The notes: generated from the letters alone by a model not told the origin. A stretch of DNA of 64,000 nt from the human T2T-CHM13v2.0 reference genome, Homo sapiens (GCF_009914755.1 NC_060925.1), one strand, 5' to 3'. Shown: positions 10,501 through 24,510, counted from the first letter of the stretch. A program made the numbers and translations.

Positions 10501-13427
10501 TTCCTCCTTGTAAAAGCAATGTCCTCTCCTTCTTGTTAATGCCAAGGATGCTTTTCCCCAAACACTCATTCCCTGCTCAGAACAGTGTAGCCACTAATGA
10601 GGAAAACACAGCTAGTACCTCAGTTGAATGTTTTCCTTTGTTTACCTATGGGGAGTTCATTCTGCAATGGGAAGAATCTCTTACTATCAATGAGTCTGAA
10701 AGTGCTCAAATTCCACCAAGGGGAAAGTTACAAAGCTTTGTGTATCCATGGTTTAAGCTAAAGCAATGCAAAAGGAACTCTATCAACTCAAAGAGCATCA
10801 ACCATGCTGCTTCCATTGTCTCCATGTATATAATACATTCCATCTTATTTACATGGGTTCTATTTCCAGTTACAAGATCACTGTTTGGCAATACGAGGGG
10901 ATGTGTATCTAAAATGACAAACTGATCCTGGCACTTGCTACTTATTACAGGTATGTTATGTGTTTTCAGCCTATCGGGGATTTCTAGAGTAGTTCCAGTT
11001 ACTGGCAATCAGACCTTGAAAACTACTCCATGCCCAATAATAATGAAGATCTTCAAATGGATTTTTTAAAGACAGCATTAATTCAGAATATAAATTAAGA
11101 GAATATATTTGATGGTGAAAAAGTGCAAACCTACCGACACATTTTGGTTTCATGTATAAAATATAAACAGCATATGAATTCTCCCTTGTGTCTTCAGAGG
11201 CATCTGCAGCTTTTTTTCCTTCTGAAGGGTGTTCAGAATATGCTATTTTAAGCATCATAACCCATAAATAAAATACAGTGCTTGCCAAAATTATTTTTTT
11301 ACCTATATATAGGGCCTTTAGACACTGTTCTGAACTCTGATTTTCTCCTGAGATGCAATTTAAGATCTTTAAAAAAAAGTATTTAAAAGACTTCCTATGA
11401 GATATGCACAGCTTTTTTTTTTACATTTGTGTTTCTATATGGCCAAATTGCTCTGTTGTTATAAATACTGTACGTAAAATTACCAGATTACCTGGCATTC
11501 CATTTTTACAGGGGATACTGCATCGTTAAGCATGGAAAGAATATAATAAAACTATTCAAACTGCTTAAAATATTTTGTAACCATAAATTATTATCCAAAA
11601 ATATTTTTCAAGTAGATAAAAAGAGTTGTCAATTCTACATAGTGAATGCCTCATAAGGGGCTCGTTTGTGGTTGAAAACTGAATAAAAGCGGTAAATTAA
11701 GACCAGACTTAACCATAGAGAAGCCGTAATCCACTGCAGATTTCCTTGGTGAATGAAGTATTGTGATGTGGATTTATCCTCCTTGCTTGTACAGTTAACC
11801 ATTCACATCTGTGACCAAAGTGCTGTCTGTGCTCACAGACAAGGTAGGTTCACTAACCCCAAGGAGGTATGCCCATGCTGATTTACATTGTATTGATAAG
11901 TACAAAATAAACACAACTGTGTCTCGGGGGCTGCCTGTGAAAGGGCAGATAGTATATTGATGCTGAACTGGTGTTAAGAGAAAACAGGGGTATTGAAAAG
12001 TGAGTGGGCACTTGAGAAACTGCCAGTGATGCTGGGTGCCCAGTTTTTGAACAGGCGTGATGCTAGAGGGGGCCTTGATGAAGCCAAGGGGGATGTGGGT
12101 ATGAAAGGTCAGGAGTGCTGAGAGCTGACTGAAATATGGTCTATGTTAAAGGAGTATCACTCACTATAAATATTCAATGTCAAGAATTTAAATGGCTTAC
12201 AGACATAGAAGCCCTTGATGATTATGTTATCCAGCATTGTTGATTTCCTTCTGTTGTTTGTCAGCAGCCACCACAATGAATGAATAAGACTCTGGAAGTC
12301 TTGACAATGAGTCGGTTTACTTTTAAGTCTGTGCATTTTTCTTTGTGATTACATGCCAGTATAATACCTAATTTGCCTTTTTCGAAATTAAACTAAAGGG
12401 AGCCAAGTATGTCATATATCTGTTATTATTTTCCTTTTCTTTTAGAGCCCAATGTTTCCAAAGGACATTAATTTTGATTTCTCCAATGAAGGCTTGTGGC
12501 TGTCCTTATGCTTTACAAAACATTACCAAATCAGAGCCGAAAAGAAAACTGTGAGTGAACATTCCTTCCAAACAATTGTTTTTCATTATTTAAGAAAAAT
12601 TTTCTCAGATTTTTCTGTAATTCATTCCAATATGCTCCTTTTGTAAAAGATGTGGGAAAAAGAGAACACACAAGTGAAAAATGCCTTTTTATTCTGTAGA
12701 GGGTTGATACTTAAATATTTTATGAGTCACTCCAACACCTTTCTAAAACAGTATTTTACAAATAAGGTCAGCTTTGCAAGAAAAAAAGTTTATTCTTGAA
12801 CATAAGCAGGTATTTGTACATTAATGTTATAGTAAAATGTATGTAAAGTAAAAACTACTAGCTTGTTATGGTGTTTTCATCCTTCAAATCAAAAACTTTT
12901 CCTTGGAATTTTTCAAGATTGGAATATCAGTTTCTTTAAGCGGGAAAATATTTAAGCTAATGAAATCTTTATCAGATTCAGCAGCTCCACTAAAGAGTAA
13001 ACTAGGTTATCTACTCAAGAAAAGGTCATTGGGACTTAAAGTAATGTGGATATCTTTACTAATGTAAAAAGATCCCAGAAAGCATTAGCTCGTCTAAATA
13101 TGTGTTAGATTTGATTTGATTCCTAAAGAATAACGTTTATAATTGCCATCTCCACTTAATTAAGGATAACCACGACTTGATTATACTCATTTCATCTTTA
13201 CAAATGTGTGTGTTTCTGAGGAAAGCACAATCTTAAAATCTCTAATATTACATGATATATATTTCATCAATACTTCTGGAGTTTCAAAGCATTTCCTTCT
13301 GGTTAGTGGAAAGGGGTACTGTGCTAGTTGCATGTAGGTTTAAACCAAATTGCCTACAAATATTGCATAAGTGCCTGAACTTTCAAGACAAAGCTTTTCC
13401 AATCAAATACGGTATTTAACCTCCCAC

Positions 13428-13436
13428 CACCACACA

Positions 13437-13486
<50 letters not shown>
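13428..13486. repeat. (CA)n microsatellite with a short CG run
   Basis: cacacacatgcgcg followed by about 21 CA units. Confidence 0.95.
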
Positions 13487-13487
<1 letters not shown>

Positions 13488-13502
13488 CTGCCTCAGAAGT
13501 TA

Positions 13503-13822
<320 letters not shown>

Positions 13823-16800
13823 TGTTAAGGGGAGAAAACTTCAGTAGAAACTTGTCATTAGCAGTAAATTATTCTTTGGTGTTTTTGGAGTTAATATTTT
13901 CTAAAATGGTTGCCGATTGATCAAAATAACTATTTTTATACTTTTGCATGGCTTCTGTGTATTGCAATAATTTAATAATAAGTAAAAAGACTCCCCCTTA
14001 AAAGAAAAAGTGCTCGTTAGTGATTGTAATTCCATGTTGTGTGGCATGTTCCTTACATGTTTTGAAAAGGTTATGGATTCACTCACTGTAGCATCAAAAG
14101 TATAAAGGTGAGAGGTGAGATTCTTTGTTGCAAGTGCTGAGAAATAATCATTTAAAGGTCAATTGCACTCAAAAAAAAAAAGAACATCTGTTTAATAAGT
14201 AACTCATTTTGGGATATGCTGCAATTTTAAAGGTTACAGAATAGACCAATTTGCCAATGATGTCAGCAAGTACTATTAAAGTCATTGGTCCTATAAAAAC
14301 AATCCTTCGTAAAATTCAGATTGCATGCCTTCTCACATACCCCACCACACATCAAAAAAGTGCCTAAACTATTTATAGTGTGCTTTCAAAGACACATTGC
14401 CTCGTGCACTTTACCTTAAGTACTCAGCTCCTCTTAAAAGCAACAGTGGAGTGTTAGATGGGAAAATACCTTGGCAACCACACAGCCACCCCCAACACAC
14501 AACACACAACCCACTCTCTCCCACATCTGATTCATCCTATTTTGCTTCATTCTTTCAGTTTTATTAATGTATAAGAACACTCCCATGTGTCATGGGTTAG
14601 AGGATTTCTCACTGGATATTCTGTTATACCGTACACCAACAACTATCTTACTAGAAACTCCTATACAAAAGAAAAAACTATTGATTCAGCCATGTAAAGG
14701 ACAAACTATAAACTTATATCCTTTCCTATTCCAAGACCAACTTCCTTCCCCTACTATTCTCTAAAAAAACCAAAGAGAATTTGGTTTGGCAATAAATTGG
14801 AATATTAACTTGATATGTAGAAGTAACAATATTTCTACTAAAACTCTTTTAGTACCTGAAAGGTTATTTTGTTCAAGATCTGAATAAAGGTGGTAGTTCA
14901 TTTAATATAACTTTTATACTATTAAAAAATTTTTGCCTTTAGGGAACTGATGTACAATGAATAAAAGTTGTTTGTTGTTTTTTTTTCTTTGTGAAGCAAT
15001 ATTTTAAACTGGCTATAATTTTCCCTAGAAGGTTCACTCTTTGAGATGAGTATATGAATAAAATAACTTGAAGAAAAACCTCTATAGAAAGCAATCCCTT
15101 CCAGACACTTGACTGCTTAAGATTTACGTTTACTTATTTTACTCTTCACGTTGGTTGCAAAGCTCCTCCCCATTGAAGATATTTTGTTGGTGGTAAATAG
15201 TGAGTTCTCAGATTTTTATGATTTGATTTTTTACATATGTTGTGTCAGAATTTTAATTACAGTTTGAAAACAATACGTTTTCAAGCACACTTCTAAGGTT
15301 TGCTATTTAGATTAAAGGAACTAGAAAGCTTATAACTCTTACCCTATTGTAAAGTAAGAATTACCTCTGTCTATAAGACATTTGCAATTAGAAGAAATTA
15401 TGATACTCTTATTTCAAGCAACTTAGCTAAGAATCAAGTTATTCTCTTAACTTGACTTGCTTTTCATTTGAAAGAGGGCAAAATCTATTTCCTGGGTAAT
15501 TTTGCAGAGCAAAGATATTAATACGTTGGGGTTTAATTGTATCCTGTGTTTAAATACACTGTGGGTGAAACCCCAGACCTCTGCTTAATTGCTATGAGAA
15601 AATAGCCTGATTTCTCTGAGATTAGGCACACGCTTATGTATACTTTGACCTAAGAGTGCCTCCTTCAGAATTAATCTTCTAAGGTAGAGGGATTTGCTTT
15701 TATATGTGCAGCAGGGCCATTCGTGACAAACAGGGCCTAATAAACTAACTTCACCCCCTAGACCTCCCTTTTGCTGTCAACGTTTTTCTTCATCTATTCA
15801 CTTCACACATCTCTTGTCCAGTGGCTTATTAGCAAATAACCCTCACTGGGCAGGGGGAGTAATTTTAATGGTATTTTTAAATTAGAGGACTTGGAACTTA
15901 AATGGGATACTTCAAAAATAAAACTATCTTTAAAACTTTCATTTTTACTAATGAAACATAAAGTACTCTAAAATAACTCCATTTAAGTAAATACCATAGC
16001 CCTTTGAAAAGACAAACAATTCGTATTTACTTAAAATTTGGTCTGCAGCTGTATTTTGTTGGATTTGTCTAATGTATGAAAGCACTTTTTCTTTCCCATC
16101 AGCTACATCCGAATTGTTTTTGTAAGATGTAACAGAATGTTCTGGTTTTAAAATATTTATATTAATCAAAGTTAGGGCTGTTTATATTTTTTGGCAATCG
16201 CGCTTTTCTTTAAAAGTGATGCACTCCTATTTAACTAAACAAAAGTGTTGAAATGGCCTGTCATATAAACTTCAACATAGCACAGTTGGCAATACAAATT
16301 CTGGAGACGGAAATAAAAGGGACGTAGTTTCTAGCTTCAGGTTAAACATGGATTAATAAAAAGAGCAACAGTGATAACTTCTAAGATTTTCCCGAGGAAA
16401 TGTCATTCATTGCTGCTTATAAACTCTAGAGTTACCTGGTGGAAAGGTTTGTGTTCAAGTTTCTTGCTCTATTTTCTTGGGGCATTAGGAAGTAAATCCT
16501 AAGCGCTGGCTGAAAAATAATGACAAGCCACTAAAGCTGGAGGCTTAACACAACAATCAATTAATTTTAAAATTCCTTTATATTTTATATATGTCCAAAC
16601 TCTTTTAGTAATGATAAAAATACTTACATGTTACTTACCTGCAATCAACTGTATTTGTGGGCAGAAATAGCTAAAAGGAAAGAGCTGTTTTTAGAAGTCA
16701 AGTCTCCCACTATTGTTATTGCTACAAGCTTTTGTTGGTGAATCTTAAACTGTATGATCTATCTAGACTCACATAAGGAAAGCGGAGTTTTTATTAAAGA

Positions 16801-17430
16801 CATTTTAAACTTCAAGCCAACCTTAGTTAAATTCATATATAGTTATATGTAATTATTTCGTAGTATGGACACTCCCAAATATTCTGGAAGTTTAATAAGA
16901 CATGGCTTTAGGTAGATTGGTCTATTTGGGTTTTTTGTTCTTGTTGTCATATTCATTCTGTAGTTCAAACTGCATTGATTCACTTCTGTGGAAAATAATC
17001 CTAAACAGGAAGGGTGGGGACAGAAGACTTAGTCCCTAATATGGAAATTATAAGTGTTTGTTCTTTCAGAGTATGGTAAGGACATATCAAACAAACAGGA
17101 AGTATTATTATGCATTGCAGGCAAAGGGGTTAAAGGTCTCCTGTTCGAACTTTTGGCCCTTCTAGAATCCCTGATCCTTCATTATTTTGTTTAACTTGAT
17201 GTAAGTCTTGACCAGTAGCTGACTCTGAGAAAACATTTCCTGACATAATTTCCAGAGGTGATGTGGGATTATTGTGCTTGCCTTCTCATTTTGGGTTGAG
17301 GATGAAAAGTCCAACAGTGGTTCCTGGTTAATACTTCAAGCACGGTCTTTTAATTAACAGGTCAGTTTAATTCATTCCTTTGGCCTTTAGCATTACAACT
17401 TCATTTTCACACTTTGGTTAAAATAATAAA

Positions 17431-17477
17431 TGCACACAACACACACACACACACATTCACATACACACAAACACATT
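17431..17477. repeat. Imperfect (CA)n microsatellite
   Basis: Directly visible. Confidence 0.85.
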
Positions 17478-18689
17478 TAAGGAAGCAAAAATGTGCTATA
17501 GCAGAACAAAAAATAAGTGGACTCTTTTTAATTATCTCATTCATAATATAAAGTGGTAGAGGATGAGCAAAAAGGTCAGGATATAATAAATATAAAATTT
17601 ACATCTCCAAACTAATTTACCTTTTTTTAATACCAGCTAAAGCCAATGAAAATAAACATGTATTCTATTATGTTACACCATTACAGATTATTATTAATGT
17701 CTTGTTTCCAATTTTAGGCAATTTTGGTATAATCCAAATCTATATATTAGCCAGGGTAGAGGGTTTTGCTTAAGGTAGTTGACATCATATAGTCCAAAGC
17801 ACAGGAAGAAGTAAAACATATCTGTAATCTTCACCCATTTCCAAACAGAAGGGGATAATCGGGCCAATTCTTCTATTGTGCGCCCTCCTTCTTCATGCAG
17901 AGATTCCTTTGAAGTCAGAGGGAGATGAAGGAGCTGAGGCTGAGAATGTGGCTGGAGGAAAAAAAAAATGAATATTATTAGGCCAGAGTCTCATAACCAT
18001 GATTTATGCCACATTAACCATTGTGTTTGCTATAATGCAGGGCCTTTTTATTATCGTTTTTACCTTCTAGTTTAATCAAGGATCACTAATACAACTTTTA
18101 ATAATATACTGGGTTTGAAAAAATATGTTTATTTGAACTCCCTTAGGTGAGATTCACAACCCAGCCCCTCAAAAATGTAAAGAAATAATTTTATTTAGAA
18201 AAAGCTAAAAATGTAAAAAGCATCACTTTCGGCTTGTATGTAAGTCTAGATGAGGCAGAAAAACTGACCAATTAAATTGGCATTCAGAGTGAGTACAGCA
18301 CAGAGAGGAAGTTATGAAGGAGGTGGGGATTTATTTACTTGTCAAGCAATTTTCTCTCACTTTCTCCTTACTTCCTACCACCTTCAAAGAGGGAGAAAAT
18401 GTTAGCTTGCATTTATGTCACCAAGCTAAAAGTTTATTTCTTAACCCTCCTTTGTTACAAATCACAGGGAGCATGAATGTATTTGAGTGCATAGAGGGAA
18501 AGTTATATAATTCAAGCAGTGATGGACTGACGCTGTGGAGTGTCATTAGACTTAGGTGAACAGACAGCTGTCCAGAGACTCTTCAGTTTCAAAATCGCCA
18601 ACAAGAGGAAAATGACTGAAGACAGGAGCAAGGAGAGAACCAATCAACTTGTCAGACTGCGAAGCTATCTAAGAACAAGACAAGTTCTT

Positions 18690-19330
18690 CCTTCAATTAA
18701 TATACATTATTTAAGAACAATGCTAAGCCATATGAGAGATAGTAGAGGTACAAAGACAAATCACATGATTCTTAGAACATTCAAAGTTGTGTGGAAGTGA
18801 AAAACATGTTAATAAACAATAACAAAGAATATGACAAGCATCATAATACAAGTGTGTACTTAGTGCTATGAGAAGACAAAGAAGGGAGTTATTAATACCT
18901 CTTTGAGTTTGGAAAGAGGTATTGGATTGGTGAATAATAATTTCACAAAAAAGTTAATAAATTAAGCTGCATCTTAAAGTATAAGTAGGTATTCATCAAG
19001 CAGAAAAGGAAGAAGTGGCCATTCCAGGCAGAAGAAATAATGTAGATTGAAACCAAAGCATGTCTTATTCAGGGAAGAAGAAGTTGTTGACTATGACTAT
19101 AGCATATGGTATACAGGCTGTGTGGTAGGAGGAAGAGTCTATCATAATTCAGCTCCAAATTGCAGCCCAATAAACAAAGCCTTGCATGTTATGCTAAAGA
19201 GTGGGGACTCCATCCAGGAAGCAGTGGAAAGTCACCAAAATGTTTAAGCAGGGGAGTAACATGATAAGAATCGTGCTTTAAAAAATAGCTGGCATCAGTA
19301 TAGAGGAAGGCTTGGAGAATGACAAGAATA
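18690..19330 (-). mobile_element. L2 LINE fragment
   Basis: L2 landmarks 'ttatttaagaacaatgctaagcc', 'cattccaggcagaagaaataa', 'ttaagcaggggagtaacatgataagaatcgtgctttaaaa'. Confidence 0.75.
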
Positions 19331-19553
19331 GAATCGTTTTTATGAGTTATAGAGAGATTGAGAATTGAAAATGTGAGCCTTTGCTGTGAAAATAAATTAA
19401 GGAGGGATTTTAGGTTTAGGAGGTATAATTAAAAACAAAACAAAACTGGCAACCTCAATACATACAACCTTTCATGTGCATACTATCGGGTTTGGGTCAG
19501 AGTGATATGGGTAGAAAAAACATGTTTCCAGTATAGTTAATAGTAGAAGATGG

Positions 19554-19915
19554 GTGCTTAAGTCAGAATCCCTAGAAGCAGGGACCAAGAGTAAAGTTGT
19601 TCTGAAAATGATTTACAAAGGGAGTGCTCTTGGGTGGAGGGAAACAAGAGGAGCAGAATAGGCAGAAGCAGGGAAGAAGGTAGCTAAGAAGGATGAAAAC
19701 TGGCCTTAGCTGAGCCTGCTCCTTTGGGGAGCTCTAGAGCACATATTGTACCACAGAGTTAGCTCCTCTTATCCCCAGGGAGGATAATTCTCAGGTAAGT
19801 TAGCTTGGTTCGGCTGAGGGCTAATCTTTGGGAAGGAGAGAGCTATGAGCTGTTAGCAGCCAAAAACACTTACAGCCGCTGGGGAACAAGAAGGATGCCA
19901 ATAGCAGCCACTGCA
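19554..19915 (-). mobile_element. LTR16C-like LTR (3' LTR of ERVL-class provirus)
   Basis: 'ccctagaagcag...gggagtgctct...ggggagctctagagc...ttcggctgagggc...gagctgttagcagccaa...gccactgca'; flanked by a minus-strand polypurine-tract-like GGAGTGCAAGGGGTGGCC at 19916-19933. Confidence 0.8.
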
Positions 19916-22900
19916 GGCCACCCCTTGCACTCCTCAGAACCACTTGCTTCTGACATTTAGTTTACTCCATTCAGGCACAACAACTTCAGGATTCTGGTTA
20001 GTCACATGTCCTGGGCTCCTGTATAAGATAAAGATGAGTAAATCAAACTGTAGCTTCCACTGCTGCAGTGTGTCCCAAGCCCGTAACATAATCATCATCT
20101 ACCCCTTCATCACTCTTCCAGATGTTCCTCCTTATGGGTGACTACTTCTGCAGGTCTAGATGGATTGTCTGAAGGCATAAACCACATTCTCATAACTTAG
20201 GAGTCTAAGCACCTGATTACCAGGCCCTAATCTGGTTATGGTTGCTGTACTTGCCTGTTACAGTTAAACAAGGCATGGGAATACCAAGATGCGGCTCAAC
20301 AGATCACTTGAGTGACAAACACATTGCTCCCTGTCTCTAACATGTAGCAGCATTTCTGACTCCTCCTGATAATCAGGTCATTTATCCTGCCAATACAGTA
20401 ACTTTTTGTGCCCGCTAGTCTATTGGCATAAGGAGCTCAAAGTAATCTGGCAATATCCATAGCTTTAAGTTTACTGAGACTTTTCCTAGATCCCCTAGGT
20501 GGAAGTTTCCCTCCTGTGGGACTTAGGACCTCTAGACTCAAAACCTGAAGTTGCAGGAATGGGTCCCTGAGAGTGATGGTTGAGTGGAGTTCTTATTTTT
20601 ACTCTTTGATTCCTGTGCTCATGTATTCTAATCATTGAGGACAGAGAACCATATAGTATCTGTTGCTTTAAAGTGCACACTATACTCCAAAAGATAATAC
20701 TTATCCCCATAGGATGCCATCTCTAAGCTGGTGCTGTAACTGGGCTAGCATGTGGTAGGACCAATGAACTCCACGAGCATGTGCCCATTGCCATACCTCC
20801 TTTTCTATAAAGTGAGTTCCTTGGTCCAATTAACATGATTTTATCCATATGGTCCACAAAGATGATGCCCTGTAGAATGTCTATACAGTCCCAATCCCTA
20901 CAGACTATATTTGGACCAAGCTGGAGAACTCACATAACCCTGGGACAAGATCATGACTCTTGTTATTAATCAATATGAATGCAAGCTGCTTCTGATCCCC
21001 CCTCCCTAATGGGTATTAAAAATAACACATTTGCCAGAACAATAACCACATATCTTGTATCTGGTTAACTTGCCCTAGTAAATATATCACATGCAGCATA
21101 ACAGCTGTGATTGAAACTACAACTTTGTTCAGTTGGCAGTACTCTGCTCAGAACTCCATGATCCATCTAATTTGTGTATGGTCTAGATTGCTCAGCTATG
21201 TGCAGATAGAGGACCTTCACCTATGTATCCTTTAAATCTTTGAGACTATCTATTATGAAAGTAGTATTTATTTATTTATTGCACTAATCTGTGCAATTTT
21301 CCTCAGGATGTGGTAACTGGTTTTGATTTACTAACTTGACCATAGAGGATAGTTTTAAAGACTTCCACTTTGATAGTACAATAGTTGATCAAGAAAACAA
21401 TGGGAGAATTCATCAACCTCTAACTGGCTCATGCCAATTATACATTCAAGGACTAGAAAAATGATCATTAAATGAGTGTGTAAACCCAGTAGAACCACTG
21501 TGAAATAAGTCTAGATCAGAACTCCATTTATTTCCTGACACTTACATGACCATACTCTAACAAGCGGCCCATGGTGGTGCTGTCAGCAGCAACTCATATC
21601 TTATATCTACCAATCCTAAAAAGATCTGAGGATTCCCTTTGTTCCAGTGTGCAGTTTTCTGAGTAAATACTCTTGGTCCTTTTGGGGAAGAACTGAAGAG
21701 TCACACACTTACTATAATGTTGCAGTTCCTGTCTCATGGAGACCCAGCATCTCCGTCAGTCAATAGTTTCTGGGTAAGAGAACTCACTCAGGTATGAAGA
21801 CAAGGCAAGAAATTATGACTTTCCATTGAGACATCCGATCTCAGCCTTTCGCTCCTTATTTTCTATCTCTTTTGATTATGTGTATGAACCAATACCCTTG
21901 TTGGTGACTCATCTATCTTGCCCTTTCACATAGTAACCATTTCCATGGATAGCTTAGGACAGTTCCCACGCCCACCCACACAGCAGCCATTTCAACCCAG
22001 TTTCCCATTGTGGTGACTGCACTCACTTTGCTTCTGACAATTAAGCGCTTCCCTGTGGCCCCTGTTAATCAGGAATCCTACCATCCCCCTTGCTACAATG
22101 GACCCCAGTCTTTTAATCACATGTCCTTCTATCCCTGGTTTAAGAAGGACTGTGCTTCTCCACAATGTTGGAATCTCTCTGATCAGCAAATTCTTCATCA
22201 TGTTAATAAACAGCATGTCCTCCAAGCTCTCCTAAGGAACATAGATATGGATATTTCAATCTTCCATAATAAACCCATTTTTGCATGCTCAGTTTTTTTA
22301 TTAGTTTATTTCTTTCTCCACAATCTATTACTATAGTGCCAGGATCTCTACTTCATTTCATGTGACCCATTACTTTTTCCAAGCTACCGAGAGCTATCCC
22401 AGTCTTACATTAGACCTATCATGTAAGACTTTGCTAGGTATTAAATCCTGTGTTACAACAGAACAACCCCATATGAGAAAACTGTCCATTACATAGCTTT
22501 ATATTCTGCCAAGACCCTCAGGATCCACTCCCAGGCATACTCTTTGAGCATACATGCAGTCAAGTCCTAGATATCACGTGGAGTGTGTAACTCATTTCCT
22601 TCCTTAGCAGGCCATCAATTCCCTAGCTGGGTCATGCTGAAATGTGGCCCAAATTATCAGTCTGACTTCCATGAGGGAAAGTACAGGCAGATCTGAGGAT
22701 TGTCTTATAAGGCATCTGCCTCATTTGAAACCTTGGCATAGTCTTCATGAAAGAAGCTTTCTCTTCCAACAAGAGAAAAGGGGGCTTACTAGCCATTTCT
22801 GTGAGCCACACATGTTCAGGGGACAATGTAGTTGTAAGGTGCTCATCTACTCAGATATCCCTATCCCAAACTTCAGGGTACTACTCCTTTTTTTCAGAGT

Positions 22901-23104
22901 CCTAAATTTTGCACAGGAAGCTTGCTTAGGCTGAGAATTTAGCCTCCTTTAAAGTTCTTCCACTTCTGCAAATGAGCCATGAGCCTGATCTCCAAACCTG
23001 TCTGCTTTCTAGCTACAAGAGAAGAATGTCTCTTTAAATGATGCTAATGAGGTTTTCTGACTATCACATTTTGCTTTAAATGCCAAATAATAGAACTGAG
23101 TCTG

Positions 23105-23636
23105 TGTATTAAGCAGACTCTAAGATGGCTCCCAGTAAGCCTTGCCTTGTAGTGTTCATGACATTGTGTAATCCACTCCCTTAAATATGGGCTGGCTTTG
23201 TGACTTATGTTTAACCAGCAGAATATGACAAAAGTGACGGTACATCACTTCCATTATTAAGCTACATAAGATTGTCACTTCCTTCTTGCTACCAGAATCC
23301 CTCTCTTGCTGGCTTTGATCAATTAATCTGCCCTATTGGAGTGCCCCATGTGGCAAGAACCTGAGGATGGCCTTCAGCGAATAGTTGACAAGGAGCTGAA
23401 TCCTGTCAACAATCACATAAGCTTGAAAGTGGATACTTCCCCAGTTGAGCCTTCTGGTGACACCCTAGCCTTAGATGGTACCCAGATAGCAGCCTTGTAA
23501 AATACTCTAAAGCAGAGGACTTAACTAAGACATCCCTGGACTCCTGACCCATAAGAACATGGAGATAATAAGTGTGTGTTGTTTTAAGCTGCCTAACTTG
23601 TAATAATCTGTGACAAAGCAATAGATATCTAATACA
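23105..23636 (+). mobile_element. MaLR solo LTR (MLT1F-like) nested in the ERVL internal region
   Basis: TG...CA ends ('tgtattaagcagactctaagatggctccc' ... 'gcaatagatatctaataca'); 5-bp TSD gtctg/gcctg. Confidence 0.85.
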
Positions 23637-23805
23637 GCCTGTTATTTTATCTCTTTAATGCATCAGTGATATTTAGCAACAATTAGCCATATCTTTAGAG
23701 TTCCAATTTCCCCATACCTCTCAAAGCCAGAGACATTGCATCAGCTACTACATCCTCTTCTACCTATATCTCAACCCAGTTGAGATCATGGGTGAAAATT
23801 TTAAC

Positions 23806-23992
23806 CAGAGGTAGGCAAATGTTTTCTGGAAAGAACCAGATGGTAAATGTTTTAGGCTTTGAGATCATATGGTCTCTGTCTCAAATACTCAATTCTGTCT
23901 AAAAATTGTTAAATGAATGTGTTCCGATAAAATGTTATTTACAAAAAGAAGTGAGTTGGGTTTGGCCTACAGCCATAGTTTGCTGACCCCTG
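23806..23992 (+). mobile_element. MER58A hAT-Charlie MITE nested in the ERVL internal region
   Basis: TIRs cagaggtaggcaaa / tttgctgacccctg; degenerate 8-bp TSD attttaac/atcttatc. Confidence 0.85.
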
Positions 23993-24133
23993 ATCTTATC
24001 TTAACAATTTCCCTGCTATATGATGCCAGGGACTAACAATAATGCATCTGCCACCAGTGATAAGAGCCTTATTGCCATCCACCTCCCGAATCTCAGCTTA
24101 GTCTCAGCTTCTTAGGACCCTTCTAGTGTCATT

Positions 24134-24510
24134 CAACTTGACTTGGGATCTCTAAAAGCAGAAACTAAGAGAAGGATTCTTATAAAACTAATTTATTGAG
24201 GGAGTGCTTTCGGAGAAGGGGAAGGAAGGAGAGGGCAAAGGAAGAAAGCTAAGCAAGAAGTATGTTCAGCTGAAAACTGTGAGAGCTTGGTCCTACAGGA
24301 AGCTCTGGAGCACCAGAGGTCAATTCGCCCTTATAGTATGTGTGTAGGTGTGGGGAAGGAGGTGTAGGGGTGGGGAAGTGGGTGCAGGCAGGGAAGGAAG
24401 AGCTTTCATATTCCTTATATCAGTAAAGTATTGGCTGTTGGCTGCCTGGGCGGGGGAATGGCCCAAGTAAAGCAATTTCCCTTCTCAGGGAAGGGAAGTA
24501 GCTGGGTATG
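24134..24510 (-). mobile_element. LTR16C-like LTR (5' LTR of the provirus, apparently truncated)
   Basis: Shares 'tttattgagggagtgct', 'agctaagcaag', 'gagctctggagca' blocks with 19554-19915; degraded PBS-like sequence at ~24108-24131. Confidence 0.75.

Larger units (their letters stand above)
19916..24133 (-). mobile_element. ERVL-class internal region (ERVL-E/ERV3-16A3-like): degraded gag, protease, partial RT, integrase C-terminus, dUTPase
   Basis: Minus-strand peptides: gag-like ORF 21992-22225 (EDMLFINMMKNLLIREIP...RGHREALNCQKQSECSHHNG); protease-like TAHWNKGNPQIFLGLVDIRYEL (~21590-21660); integrase C-terminal ORF 20495-20710 (IVCTLKQQILYGSLSSMIRIHEHRNQRV); dUTPase-like LPDYFELLMPID*RAQKVTVLAG..PDYQEE (~20340-20455). 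Many stops and frameshifts. Confidence 0.85.

Noticed and set aside
10533-11288. Cluster of 100-130 aa ORFs in unique sequence
   Set aside because: No recognisable domain, starts are non-ATG codons in the sequence, ORFs overlap on both strands and lack convincing exon boundaries.
20495-22225. ERVL gag/integrase ORFs as a domesticated retroviral gene
   Set aside because: Only 71-77 aa open stretches amid many stops and frameshifts; the protease DTG motif is lost.
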